From the NCBI RefSeq assembly GCF_006345805.1, contig NC_042998.1:51956001-52020000 (forward strand): 64,000 bases of DNA, given 5' to 3'. How positions within the stretch are numbered: the first letter of the stretch is position 1; each line of letters starts with the position of its first letter. Position numbers and translations under genes: made by a program. Of this stretch, positions 39,274 through 52,708 are shown one piece after another. The stretch is from Octopus sinensis. Taxonomy: Eukaryota. Under the pieces are notes generated by a model, which had not been told where the DNA came from, did no database searches, and worked only from the letters and a program-made list of their open reading frames with translations.

Positions 39274-39748
39274 ATAAAATCTGTTTGAGTAGAAGTAATT
39301 TATGTCCAGTTATGGAGAGATGTTATCTTATTTACAACTGTTATTGGTTTTTTTTTTTCCTCTGCTAGAGCATACAGAATTTTTCCCAGATTCTGTTTAT
39401 ATATTTATTTGTGTTTTTTTTTTCCTTTTTCACTTCTGTTTCAATTAGACCACCTGCCTCTGCTTTTGAGTATGGTTATATGTACAACACCTACCTCCTC
39501 TCTCTCTCCCCTCCTCTTCTCTTTTCTTCCCTTTAACTCTCTTCTCACATATGTATCTCTTTGTTGGATGTTGGTCAGTACTTGTCCTTGCCACTCCTGA
39601 CCTGTCTACTCACTTGTATTTATCATACTCTAGACTTATCTAGCTGGGTTTTCTTTGTTTGTTTGTTTGTTTGTTTCTTTATTTCTTTATTTCCTTCCTT
39701 CCTTCTTTCTTCCTTTTCTTCCTTTTCTTTTTTCCTTCCTTCCTTCCT

Positions 39749-39788
<40 letters not shown>

Positions 39789-41251
39789 TTCTTTCTGTTT
39801 TTCTACTTTAAAATTTTTTTTTCCTGTGTGCATTATTGATTTCTAATTCTGCTAAGCACCAATGCAAACATCTAAATACTTACACAAGTCAAGGAGGAAG
39901 CCTCTGCAAGCTTTTGTAGAGCTAACTAGAAAGATTCAAGTTTCACTTAAGCCATATCCTATCCTCTTAACAAAACAAAGCATGTATTAGATCACATACT
40001 CCTAAATACTATAAATAAAAAAAAAAAATTATAGTCAAGGCTGGAATGTGTATAATATAGGTTTGTTAATCAATGTTGAAGTGAGGTTGATCAATAAGGG
40101 GTATATCTATCTATCCATCCATCCATCCATTCATCCATCAATCCATTCATCCATCCATCCAGCCATCCATTCATTCTTGGCATTCTTGGTAGGGTTGTGG
40201 GGACAGAGTCCTCAGGTGCCTCCTCCACAGGGTCCTATTACAAGCAACTGTCATTAGACTTTTTGGTTGGATTCTCAGGCTTGACCAACTGAAATTATGG
40301 ATTAATCTAGCCATCTTGTTCTTGGTCAATCCCTTTGTTTCCTGCCAGTTGATTCAGCTTGAAGAAACTTTCTTGTGGTTCTTTCCTGTAAATGAGGAGT
40401 GTATTAATATTTAAATGTACCAAATATGGAACCTCAATGCCATTGATTGACCTACTAGAATTAGCTCTTGACCATCTCTCAAACTACTTCCTATCATCTG
40501 CTCATTTTAGACACAAAAATAAGAGCAAGAACTACAATAAAAGGACATATTTGAGTCTGTGTGCATACAATTTTTAGCTACCCCTTCAACTTCTGGTCAG
40601 TCAGCAGTCACCAAGTAGATATGCTTCATATAATCCCCTTTGCTTTGGTTGCTTATTTTTTTTCATTTTTATTTTTCAATTTCCTTTTTGTCTTTTCACC
40701 TCTCTTTTCTCTCTACATTTAATCCCCAAGAATGACAATTTTCAAAACATCATAATTAAAAGTTTTTCCATTTCTCTGAGCATCAAATTAATAATTTTGA
40801 TTGTGAACGACTTATCTTGCTTTTTGTTCATTTTCTATACATATGTATACATATATGTAAGTATTTATTTACATATGAGTATGTGTGTGTGTTTGTGTAT
40901 GTGTGTGCATGTGTGTGTGTGTATCTACAAACATGTACACACACACACACATAAATGGTGATGATGATGATGATTATAACTTCTATCTTTTGCTTGTTTC
41001 AGTCATTAGACTATGGCCATGCTGGTACTTATTCTATCAGTCCTTTTAGCTGAACTGCTAAGTTTCAGAGTCCTAAACACAGTAACACTGGCTGACAAAC
41101 AGTGATAAGAGACAAATGCAGACATAAAGACACACACACACACACACATGTCCAATGGGTTTCTTTTAGTTTCTGTCTACCAAATCTACTCACAAAGCTT
41201 CAGTTGACCCAAAGTGATAGAAGGAAACACTTGCCCAAGGTGCCATGCAAT

Positions 41252-41820
41252 ATCATCATCATCGTCATCCTTTAACATCCACAATCCATGCTAGCATGGG
41301 TGAGATGGTTTGACAGGAACTGACCAGCTAGATAGCTGCCCAGGTTCCAATTGTCTATTTTGGAATGGTTTCTATGGACGGATGCCCTTCCTAATGACAA
41401 CCACTTCACACTGTGTATTGGATGCTTTTTACATAGCACTGGCATGGGCACTTTTATATATATGACACCGACATAGGTGCTTTTACGGGGAACTAACATG
41501 GATGCTTTTACGTGGCACCAGCATCTACAAGGCCTCAAGAGAAGAACCTCTCACCTCAGAGAGGGATGTAGAGGACATACCTGTATATATGGATGGCCGC
41601 AGTTTTACTTAGCTTGACATGTTTTCTCAAGCACAACAAACTGGTGTGAATCTCTGTATCTCCTCTGTGAGGCTCAATGTTTGAAGATCTTTTCTCACTA
41701 CTTTGTCCCATATCTTCTTGGGCTAGCCCCTTACACAGGTTTCTTCCACTATGAGAGATCAGCACTTCTTTATGCAGCTGTCCCCATCCATATGCATTAC
41801 ATGACCCTACCAGCACAGTT
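41252..41820 (-). mobile_element. RTE LINE 3' ORF end joined to family A 3' UTR
   Basis: GDSCIKKC..G*PKKIWDKVVRKDL..VVLEKTCQAK* runs directly into the family A body and (ATG)n tail. Confidence 0.75.
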
Positions 41821-41985
41821 TTCTCTCTTGTGCATTACATATATATATATATAGATATATATATATATATATCCACCTTGCATCTTACATATCTTACATA
41901 TCTTGCATCTATTTTCTTTCCTCCACCTCACTCTCTATTTTGTATCACATCTAAACTAACTATGATTTAACTATCCTCTCACACT

Positions 41986-42037
41986 GTCTCCAATGAAGGG
42001 ATATAATTAATAAATATCCTGGAAACAGCTGTAAGAC
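41986..42037 (+). ncRNA. Minimal hammerhead-like motif, degenerate core
   Basis: GTCT CCAATGA AGGGATAT..ATATCCT-G GAA ACAGCTGT A AGAC. Helix I closes and helix III is palindromic. Confidence 0.5.
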
Positions 42038-42104
42038 CTATCTATAAATGCTCTAATATCTATACAGCCTTGGTTTTTTTTATCTTATTATGCCAAAAAT
42101 TTGC

Positions 42105-42151
<47 letters not shown>

Positions 42152-42802
42152 TATGTGTGTGTTCGTGTATACATACACACATGCATACACTCAAACATGT
42201 ACACACACACATACACACACACACACATCTTTGTAGTATAAATACATGCTACTGGCCACCTAGAGTTTTTCCCTCAGCTCATTTTAATATCATTTATGCA
42301 TATTACCTAGATCATAAATGTTTTCAAAATTTTTCTTTTTTTATATATATCTAAGATAAAGCGGGACATAGGCAGAAACATACTTAATACAGCTATCCTG
42401 TTGTCTTCAGACAATCAGATTGTCTTTTCCTGAATGGGTCATCAGTTTAGGAGAATTTTTGATTCTTGAAATTATTTCACTTTCTCATAAGAAGTTGGTG
42501 CCAACAGCTACTGAATCAGAGATTATTTCAATGAAACCAAGAAACTATCTTGTGTATTATTTAATATTCTCTTATCCATCTCTGTTGTTCAAATACATGC
42601 CTCTAACTGCTCTGAGTTATTTCTCTGCATGATTAATTGATTAAGTTTTGTGCTCATAATTGTAAGATTGTGGTTTCAATTCTTGGATCAGGCAATACAT
42701 TGTGTTCTTGAGCAAAATACTTCATTCAATGTTGTTCCATTCCACTCAGCTGCTAAAAATCAATAATCCTGTGATAGACTGGCATCCTGTCCAGGGAGAA
42801 TA

Positions 42803-43035
42803 TACAAGGTGCTACCAAAATGTTCCTAGACAAGCTATATTTAATAAAAAATAACTTATTTACTTAAGTTTTAACATCATCTCTTTTGAAATAGTTACCT
42901 TGTGCAGTAATACACCATTCCCAGCATTCCTGCCACTTTTGGAATCTGGCCTTGAAGTTTTGGGAGTTGAGGACCTTCTGTGATCTGTTCTGGAATTTGA
43001 CATCAGTGTTAAAACAAGGATCTTTGAGCTGCATT
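42803..43035 (+). mobile_element. Mariner-type DNA transposon fragment
   Basis: TA|TACAAGGTGCTACCAAAATGTTCC terminus. The minus strand reads FQKWQECWEWCITAQGNYF, like a mariner transposase C-terminus. Confidence 0.6.
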
Positions 43036-43614
43036 TTCAATGAAATATATACCGCGGATAGTTGTTGACAAACAATGCCAGTAATTTTATTCAGTTGAAT
43101 ACATGTCATTTATTGGTTGAAATTACCAAAATACGGCTACTTTAACACGAAATAACTTTGAAAATAGGAACTTTTCTCAACAACATTAAGAATAAAAGAT
43201 GTTTTATATGACACATTCTACCAGTGTCCGAAGTTTCAAAGTGTTTAATTACAAAAAATCAATTTCTCGATCTGCCATTGGAAGAGAAAAGATCCCACAA
43301 ATTTTTCCACACATTTGAAATTTTTCTGTAAGTCCAAGAGTTAATTTATCCCTTACACGTAACGCTTACTTGCATATTTCCATGTTCCTTATAACATACC
43401 TATGTCTATCCCTTCATTATCTTCTCCATCAACATTAGTAGCTTAGATGATAGCCGTTAATTCTCTACTTTAACCTGCAGGCTTTAATTTAATCTCCTAA
43501 ACTTTAAACCTTATCCTCTTAGATCTTCAAATCTTAAATTGTAACTTTTATTCCTAACTAATTAAATATTTAACTGGTTTCTCCATTCATCCTTTAATAT
43601 ATTCATACTCCGAA

Positions 43615-43812
43615 GGTGGCGAGCTGGCAGAATCATTAGCACGCTGGACAAAATACTCATCGGTTCTGAGTTCAAATTCCGCAGGGGTCGACTTTGCCTT
43701 TCATCCTTTCAGGTACCAGTTGCGCACTGGAATCAATGTAATCAACTTAATCCCTTTGTCTGTCCTTGTTTGTCCCCTCTATGTTGAGCCCCTTGTGGGC
43801 AATAAAGAAATA
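43615..43812 (+). mobile_element. SINE B
   Basis: Head, body and tail match 12181-12404. Confidence 0.8.
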
Positions 43813-44562
43813 AATATATTCATAACCCCCTCATCCTGTAGGTAGGAATATATCTATAGCTACTGACCATAACCAACTGGAACTTCATCTATTCAACAGA
43901 CACAAATATTTACTGCTTGTCCTTTTGCCCCAACCCTAAATTTGAGGAACAGTACTGGCATCTTTCCTTTTCCTGTTCTCCTTGATCCTTTTTATTATTT
44001 ATTTTTTATCCTCCATTATCTTCCTCCTCTCTTTTTATCTCTACTCTTATTTTTACAATTTATTCTTATTTTTATTTTATTTCTACTTTTTCTACTTTTT
44101 ATTATATTTTAAAAAATTTAACTCTATATTTTTATATTTCTTTCTTTATTTTTACTCTTCTAGCCAATCCTTCTGACCAATCCTTGTTAATACCCTGTCA
44201 CTTATCCTCCTCCTCTCTCTATTCTCACAAGCTATCCCATTTCTCCTCCATTTCTCTCTCTCCCCTCATTAACCTCTCTTCCCCCTTCACTCTCTCTCTC
44301 TCTCTCTCTCCTACCCTTTCTTTCTCTTTCTCCCTCCACTTTGCTCATCTACCTCCACTTTGCTCAAGAGTCACTTTTATGGCCATTCTCTTACAAACCA
44401 GCCATCTCAATATTAACACACAGTTCCTATTTCTGCCAAAACATTGCCTGGATGTTTATTCAGTGAATACCCTACTCATACTTTGCTGAAATACTGCCTG
44501 GATTTACCTTGAATTTTACCAAAAGACATACAGACTAACATATATACCCTTTGAAAAATGAA

Positions 44563-44980
44563 CTCTTTTTACTCTTTTACTCTTTTACTTGTTTCAGTCA
44601 TGTAACTGTGGCCATGCTGGAGCACCGCCTTTAGTCGAGCAAATCGATCCCAGGATTTATTCTTTGTAAGCCTAGTACTTATTCAATCAGTCTCTTTTGC
44701 TGAACCGCTAAGTTACGGGGACATAAACACACAAGCATCAGTTGTCAAGTGTTGTTGGGGGTGGGGGTGTAACAAACACTGACACACAAACATATACACA
44801 CACATACATATATATATACATATATACGACAGGCTTCTTTCAGTTTCCATCTACCAAATCCACTCACAAGGCTTTGGTCAGCCCTAGGCTATAGTAAAAG
44901 ACACTTTCCCAAGCTGCCACACTGTGGGTCTGAACCTAGAACCATTTGGTTCGTAAGCAAGCTACTTACCACACAGCCAC
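44563..44980 (-). mobile_element. SINE C, full length
   Basis: Matches 61216-61618 in reverse. Confidence 0.85.
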
Positions 44981-45399
44981 TTTATCTACTTACTTTCTAT
45001 TCTTCTATTTCATTGCTTATTATCTGTGAATTTTCCATGTTTAGATCTTTCATATTCTCTACTTGTCTCTGATGACGGAATACCCCATATTCAGGCATAC
45101 TCACCTATCACTTGAGATATCCCACAAATGGCTGTAAAACCTCAACTAATTTAAGAATAATATAAAATAATGACTTGAGATGCTTGTTATGCCTCAGCAT
45201 TTGTTGTCTTCTTTCACAAATATGTATCCACTAAATTGGAAACATAAGATAGATCCATAGCTCCCCTCTCAGTTACGAGCTTGGAACCCTGATAATTCGT
45301 TACAGCACTTACCCAGCTGGAACCCTGATAATTCGTTACAGCACTTACCCAGCTGTATGCATTTAGATTACCAATGAACTAAACCCCCATATTCTGTAT

Positions 45400-45945
45400 A
45401 TCATCATCATCATCATCATCATCATCATCGTTTAACATCTGTTTTCCATGCTGGCATGGGTTGGATGTTTTGACAGTAGTCTGGAAAGCTAGCTTCTGCA
45501 CCAGACTCCAATCTGATCTGGCAAGGTTTCTACAGCTGGATGCCCTTTTTTAACGCCAACCACTCCGAGAGTGTAATTGGTGCTTTTTATGTTCCACTGG
45601 CGCAGAAGCCAGTCAGGTGGCCCTGGCATCAATCATGTTCAGATAGTGCTTTTTACATACCACCAGCACAGGAGCCAGTCAGGAGGCACTGGCACTGATC
45701 ACGTTCAGATGGTGCTTTTTATATGCCACTGGCACAGGAGCCAATCAGGCAACCTGGCATCAACCACGTTTGGATGGTGCTTTTTACATGCCACTGGCAT
45801 GGGAGCCAGTCAGGAGGGACTGGCATTGACTACGTTCAGATGGTCCATTTTGTGTCCCACCAGCATGGGAGCCAGTCACAGGGCACTGGCCACAGCTACA
45901 ATTTTGGTGTTACTTGACTCAACAGATCTTCTCAAGCATATTGTA
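45400..45945 (-). mobile_element. Family A RTE 3' end with about five ~60-bp tandem units
   Basis: ORF remnant MLEKIC*VK*, gccagtcagg units, and an (ATG)n tail. Confidence 0.75.
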
Positions 45946-46354
45946 TATATATATATATATAGTATAATTCGAGTAAAAACCTTGTAACATGCATTAAAGA
46001 GCTGTTATGTAGTTGTTTGGCTACCACCTCTTATTCTACAGTAGGGTACATTCTAGGGCTGGATACACATGTGGAACTCCTCTTTGCATAAGAATTATAT
46101 AGGAATATTATATTATTCTTGTATATAGTTGAAGATCTTAGAATGGCTGGGCTCCTACATGAATGGGAACAGGTGTCGCAAACTTTGCATAGCTAGGATA
46201 CTTAAAGACTCTTTAAAACTTGGGTCACTGAATACTTAATAAGAAATATTCATACCATGCATCCATTTCAAATGCTACCTGCAGCAAACATGGGATTCCC
46301 CATTCACTGACTGAACTTGGAAAAGTCCTTATGATCCATTAGAAAGGATAGGTA

Positions 46355-46587
46355 AGGCAGCGAGCTGGCAGAATCGTTAGCATGCCGGGTGAAATGCTCA
46401 GCAGTATTTCATCTGTTTTTGTGTTCTGAGTTCAAATTCCACCGAGGTCAACTTTGCCTTTCATCCTTTTGAGGATCGATAAATTAAGTACCAGTTACAC
46501 ACTGGGGTCGATGTAATCGACTTAATCCCATTGTCTGTCCTTGTTTGTCCCCTCTATGTTTAGCCCCTTGTGGGCAATAAAGAAATA
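46355..46587 (+). mobile_element. SINE B, full length
   Basis: 14-bp TSD AGAAAGGATAGGTA at 46341-46354 and 46588-46601. Confidence 0.92.
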
Positions 46588-47666
46588 AGAAAGGATAGGT
46601 ACCTTAATTCTCCATTTAGCTGGTCTAGAAAACATAACTCATCCTCACTTGCCAGACCTTTTATTCTCTGATGACCCTTTGACCTTTGGCTGTAAAAACT
46701 TTCCACCTACAAGTAGGTGAAGAGTTAATTTTGTCCTCGGACTAGAGTCTGATGAGTTGTCCACGAAGTTATAGCTTTCATCATCATTATCATCATCCAT
46801 CATTTAATGTTCACCTTCCATGCTGGCATGGATGGAATGGCTTGACAAGATCTGGCTAGACAGAAGCTTGCACCAGACTTCTGTAACTGATTTTGGCACG
46901 ATTTTTACAGCTGGGAGCTCTTCCTAACACCAACCACTCAGCAGAGTGGACTTAGTGCTTTTTACGTGGCACAAGCACAGGTGAGATCAGTTTTGGCAAG
47001 GCTTTTACACCTAGGTACTCTTCCAAATGCTAACCACTTTACATTGTGGGCTAGGTGCTTTTAAGTGGCACCTGCACTGACAGGGTTACCAAGTACATGC
47101 AAGACAAAAAAAAGTCTATTTTGAGAGGGGAGGAGGCATTGGAGAAGGTGGATGATGAGAGGTTACAGTGAGACAGAGAGACAGAAACAGGTATCTTGCT
47201 GTAGAAGAGGTACAAGTTTACCAGGCCAGAGAGAGAGAGAGAGAGAGATCAGGAATGAAGACAGAGACAGGTGTACTGCCGCAAAGGAAATACATGGTTA
47301 TCGAATCTGAGGGAAGTGTGGGAGAAGGAGTGAGAGAGTGGGAGACAGCAGAACAGAGATGGTGGCAAAGTGCTGGGCCTACTCTCAAGGGATGAGAATC
47401 AGAATATAAATGGGATGGTTGAGTAATGGAAGAGAGATATATAGATGGTGGCAAGTGCCAGGGCATACATACCTTTATGGTTTGAATGTCATAATATAAG
47501 TGACATTCACTTATATTATGTGAATGTCACTTATATAAGTGACATTCATTTATATAAGGAAAGAGGGCGGAGAGGGGAGTGAGTGGCAGATGCAAAGCCA
47601 TTAATCACTCTGACCAAACATTAACTTTTTTTACTTTAATATACGTGTGTGTGTGTGTGTGTGTGT

Positions 47667-47880
47667 GGCAGTGAGCTGGCAGAAACATTAGCACACCATG
47701 TGAAATGCTTAGTGGCATTTCGTCTGTTTTTACGTTCTGAGTTCAAATTCCACTGAGGTTGACTTTGCCTTTCATCCTTTCGGGGTCGATGAATTAAGTA
47801 CCAGTTGCATACTGGGGTCGATCTAATCGACTGGCCCCCTCCCCAAAAATTCAAGCCTTTTGCCTAGAGTAGAAAGAAAG
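47667..47880 (+). mobile_element. SINE B variant
   Basis: Family B head and body with an alternative 3' end (ggccccctccccaaaaatt...gcctagagtagaaag). Confidence 0.8.
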
Positions 47881-47881
47881 A

Positions 47882-47914
<33 letters not shown>

Positions 47915-48394
47915 TGTGGTGCCTGTGTGTATGTATGTGCATTTGTGTGTTTAAATAAGGTACATGGTTTAGCAAGGCCTACTTGTATTCAAGTATTTTG
48001 AAGTGCTAAGTGTCACATTGTCCCTAACTGTTTGGTTTCAAATATTGAATTTTGTTTGTTGGTTAAAGCAGTCATTATTTGCTCATGTCTAGTCAGCTGA
48101 AAATGTTATTATTTTTTTTTCTTTTAATTTAAAAAAAAATTTTTTTTGCAAAGCTTGTATAATCATAGACATTATCATGTTCCATTTGTGTCACCAAACA
48201 AATATTCTTTCTTTAAGAACCAGCAGTCTGATAAAAAGAAAATGCATATATACATGTGTATGTCTGTGTGTGTGCAGATATATATATATATATAAAGTTA
48301 ATCCAAACAAGAAAACACAGAAAAAAAACACAGCAACGCGAGGACGTGGAACAATTAAAGTATTATTTGACGCTCAGGAAAGAAGGGAAGGAGG

Positions 48395-48429
48395 GTTTAA
48401 CGTTTCGAGTGGAGCTCTTCATCGGAAAC
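48395..48429 (-). ncRNA. Minimal type-I hammerhead motif (U4C core variant)
   Basis: GTTT CCGATGA A GAG-CTCCA-CTC GAA ACGT T AAAC. Helix I GTTT/AAAC, zero-loop palindromic helix III, predicted GUU cut at 48399/48398. Confidence 0.68.
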
Positions 48430-48549
48430 AAGGAGAAGGAAAGATCCCGAGAAGGGAAGACAGGAAAAAATATTTTTGCTGGTGGTGTCAAGAGATCACA
48501 TGTATATATATATATACATGTATATATATATATGTATATCTATATATAT

Positions 48550-48607
<58 letters not shown>

Positions 48608-48936
48608 ACACACACACACAGACACACACACACACCACACAGAGGACACATGGCCAAGTGGTTAGTATGTTGCACTCATGATTGCAAGATAGTGGTTTCA
48701 ATTCCTAGATTGGGCAGAATGTTGTGTTCTTGAGCAAAACACTTCATCTCTGCAATCACTTTGACACCTGATGTGTGGTACAATGTGGATCTGTTCAGAC
48801 CATGTCAATTTGATGGAGAGAGTGAGCTAATGTGTGGCACATAGATTTGATCACTATCAACAAATTTTTTGTGCAGATCGATTGCTAAGAAGCTGAACGT
48901 TCAGATGTTGTCTTTGACAGGAGAGTCCATCATACA

Positions 48937-49007
<71 letters not shown>

Positions 49008-49012
49008 GTGTG

Positions 49013-49044
<32 letters not shown>

Positions 49045-49855
49045 ACAAAACGCACCCCCATCCAGTGGATGGTGCTGAATTATCTCTGCTGAATAAAAAG
49101 CAATCAGTGTTTTCTTTTCATTAAAAAATTATTAACCATGCCTTTATTTCAATAAAATTTTTGATTTTGTTAAATCAAAATCAAATAGTCGAGAAACCAA
49201 ATAGTCTTTCCTTCCTTCCTGCCAAATTTGAAGAAAATATTACTTTTGTATCTTACTTTTTTGGTCTCTTACATATACTGCATTTTGTGGCATTATTTCA
49301 AGCCAGCCGGCTTTGTTTGCACAAACTGCACGTGCATTTTTCTCATGTACATATAGTATTGATCGCAATAGCTGATGTACTTGCATGTACAAATGCACGT
49401 TCCCACGGCTTTATCGATTGCATTCTCACCTGGTTCGATTTTTGTAATTTTTTCAAGATTTATACACACCCTGATACTGTTGGTATCTACATATAAAATT
49501 AGAGCGTAATTGGATGGAGGATGCCTGAGATCCTAGAAGACACACACACAGACAGACAGAACAGATTTTATATAATTGATATTTATATATTGTCTTTTAC
49601 TCTTTTACTCTTTTATTTGTTTCAGTCATTTGACTGTGGCCATGCTGGAACACCACCTTTAGTTGAACAAATTGACCCCAGGACTTATTCTTTGTAAGCC
49701 TAGTACTTATTTTATCAGTCACTTTTGCTGAACTACCAAGTTATGGGGACATAATCATGCCAACATTGGGTGTCAAGCAATGGTGGGGTTGACAAGCACA
49801 GACATAAAAACATATACACACATGCACACACACACACATATATATATGATATACG

Positions 49856-49935
<80 letters not shown>

Positions 49936-49958
49936 TATAATATAATATATATATACAT

Positions 49959-50488
49959 ATAAAGAAATGGAGTTAAACGCAGGTGTTATTCAAATCTTTA
50001 TACTTCCGACATATATTTGGAAGAAAACATTGGTATTATTCCAGAGGGAATAAAAGGATATAAAACAATACGATCTCCTCATCAGGGAAAAAAAACAAAA
50101 CAAAACACATCAATTAGTCATTTTAACTGAATGTGATTACTGCATGTATAATCAAGGGAATGCTAGTAAGTTATTTTTAAAAAAAAACGTTAATAGAGAT
50201 TTAATGTCAAAAGCAATCTATAGAAAGGTTTACCTTTGACATTAAACTTATTAAGGTTTTTTTCTTTTTTTTAAATAACTTACTAGCATTGCCTTCATTA
50301 TATATGCAGTAATCACATTCAGTTAAAATGGCGTATTGATGTGTTTTGTTTCTCTTTTTTTTCCCTAATGAGATCACATTATTTTACATCATTTTATACC
50401 CTCTGGAATAATACCAACGTTTTCTTCGAAACATATGTTGGAAGTATAAAGATTTGAATAACACCTGTGGTTAACTCCATTTCTTTAT
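49959..50488. mobile_element. Diverged ~530-bp fold-back element with a hammerhead motif in each arm
   Basis: ataaagaaatggagttaa...ttaactccatttctttat. Motifs at 50004-50089 (-) and 50361-50443 (+). Confidence 0.85.
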
Positions 50489-51078
50489 TTACCTATGTTA
50501 TGTAAAAAGATTTCGCAAAACCCTGGAATTCCTACCTTTATAAGTAGGCTGTTACATCCATGGTACTTATGTGAATTTTTGCTACCCTGGTAACTATTTA
50601 TTTATTTTTTCCGTGTTATTTGTATACACTGAAAAAATACATGCACACGCACACACACACACATATATATGTGATGGGCTTCTTTCAGTTTCCATCTACC
50701 AAATCCACTGACAAGGTTTTAGTAGAAGACACTTGCCAAAGGTGCTATGCAGTGGGACTAAACCTGGAACCATGTGGTTGGTAAGTACACAGCCAATACC
50801 ATTCAGTTGTTTCAGTAATTTGACTGCAGCCATGCCAGGGTACTGCATTAAATGGCTTTTAGTTGAACAAATCGATCCCAGGACTTATATATTAAGCCTA
50901 GTACTTATTCTATCAGCCTCTTTTGCCAAACCTTATAGAAAACTGATCAGACATCAATGGTCACGGGCATTGACATCTATTGAATCATCTATAAAGCTTC
51001 TCACTTTCTGAATATGATACCATTAGTCACTCTATGACTGGACATATATTTAACTTCAGCTAAATACATTGCTGTATG

Positions 51079-51853
51079 GAAACCGTCCATGTGAGTCCAA
51101 ATATTTGAATGTATGATGAAAGATTTTCCAAATGTCCTAGCCCGTTTGCCCACAGACAGTTGATTTCTGTAGTTATTACCAGATTTTTCAGCGATTTAAA
51201 TAATATCTTTGACTGTTATTTCCAGTGGGTAGACCTACTTAGCATGTCCTTTGATTAATTTTAATCCTTCAGCTATTTAATGCTTTTTGGACCTGCAGTT
51301 ACCTATATTATTGATTCTGTAATTAATCATTTTTAATTGTTTCACAAGATAATAATAGAGTCAATAATATCTTTGCAAATATTTTCTCCTGAATTATTTC
51401 CTCTGCATTGAAATTATTTTCACACTGGTGGCTGCTATGATTTCAGTGCAAAACGAATCAGGTGCAGCACAGAGTTCAATGTGATGGGTGTGGTTTTCCT
51501 TTATGGTAACGCATGCTGAGGAAGGTGAGGTTATAATGCCAGTCCAGAAACCGGTCCACATGAATCCAAATAATTGAATGCATGATGAGAGATTGCCCTA
51601 GCCCATTTGTCTGCAGATGGCTGATTTCTGTAATTATCACCAGTTTTTCGGTAATTTAAATAAGAGTTTTGACTTATTTCCAGCAGGTAGACATACTTAG
51701 TATGTCCTTTGATTAATTTTAATCCTTCAGCTATTTAGTGCTTTTGGGGCCTGCAATTGCCTATATTATTGATTCTGTTATCATTTTTAATTGTTACACT
51801 AGATAATAATAGAGTCAATAATATCTTTGCAAATTTCTTCTCCTGAATTATTT
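51079..51853. repeat. Diverged ~310-bp direct duplication (51079-51399, 51547-51853)
   Basis: Collinear, e.g. tgtcctttgattaattttaatccttcagctattta and ataataatagagtcaataatatctttgcaaat. Confidence 0.9.
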
Positions 51854-52080
51854 GCTCGTACTAAAATTATATATATAATATATATATATATATAATATAT
51901 TTATATAGACACACACATACATATGTACGATGGACTTCTTTCAGTTTCTGTCTACCAAATCCACTCTCAAGGCTTTTGGTCAGCCTGGGACTAGAGCAGA
52001 AGACACTCGCCCAAGGTATCATGCTGTGGGACTGAACCCTAAGCCACCACCATCATCATCATCATCACCATCACCATCAC

Positions 52081-52119
<39 letters not shown>

Positions 52120-52429
52120 TGCCATTTTGAAATGGTTAAATGTGGGTTGAAAGTTTTGCTTCTATTCCTGAAAGACTGAAGGAACACTTTAGGAGCTCCC
52201 TCGTTTGTTCCTTAGAGTGGACATGTAGTTAGCAATGAAGAAAAAAGAAACAAAAATCCAATTGTCAAAAAAAAATTTGACAACCAAATTAGGATTGTCA
52301 AGTGAATTGGGTACTTAACAACCAGCTAAGAAGCTGAGATGCCGTTTGTATCCTGTTAGATGGAGAGAGAGCTGCTTGGACCAATCTGACGCCAGGGGAA
52401 GGATTTGGAGATAAGAGATGCTTTCTGAT

Positions 52430-52677
52430 TTAAAAAAAACAAAACGTCTGTTTTGTCATTATCATCATCATTGTAGTCGTCACCATCACCATTAACGCCA
52501 TTGTCATAATTACCATCATCATCATCATAATAATCGTCTTTGTTGTCTTCATTGCCATTCTAATAATCATTGTCATCGTCATAGCCATCATCATCATCAT
52601 CATCTTTGTTGTCTTTGTTATCATCATCATAATCATCTTTGTTGTTGTCGTTATCATTGTCATCATCACCGTTATCG

Positions 52678-52708
<31 letters not shown>

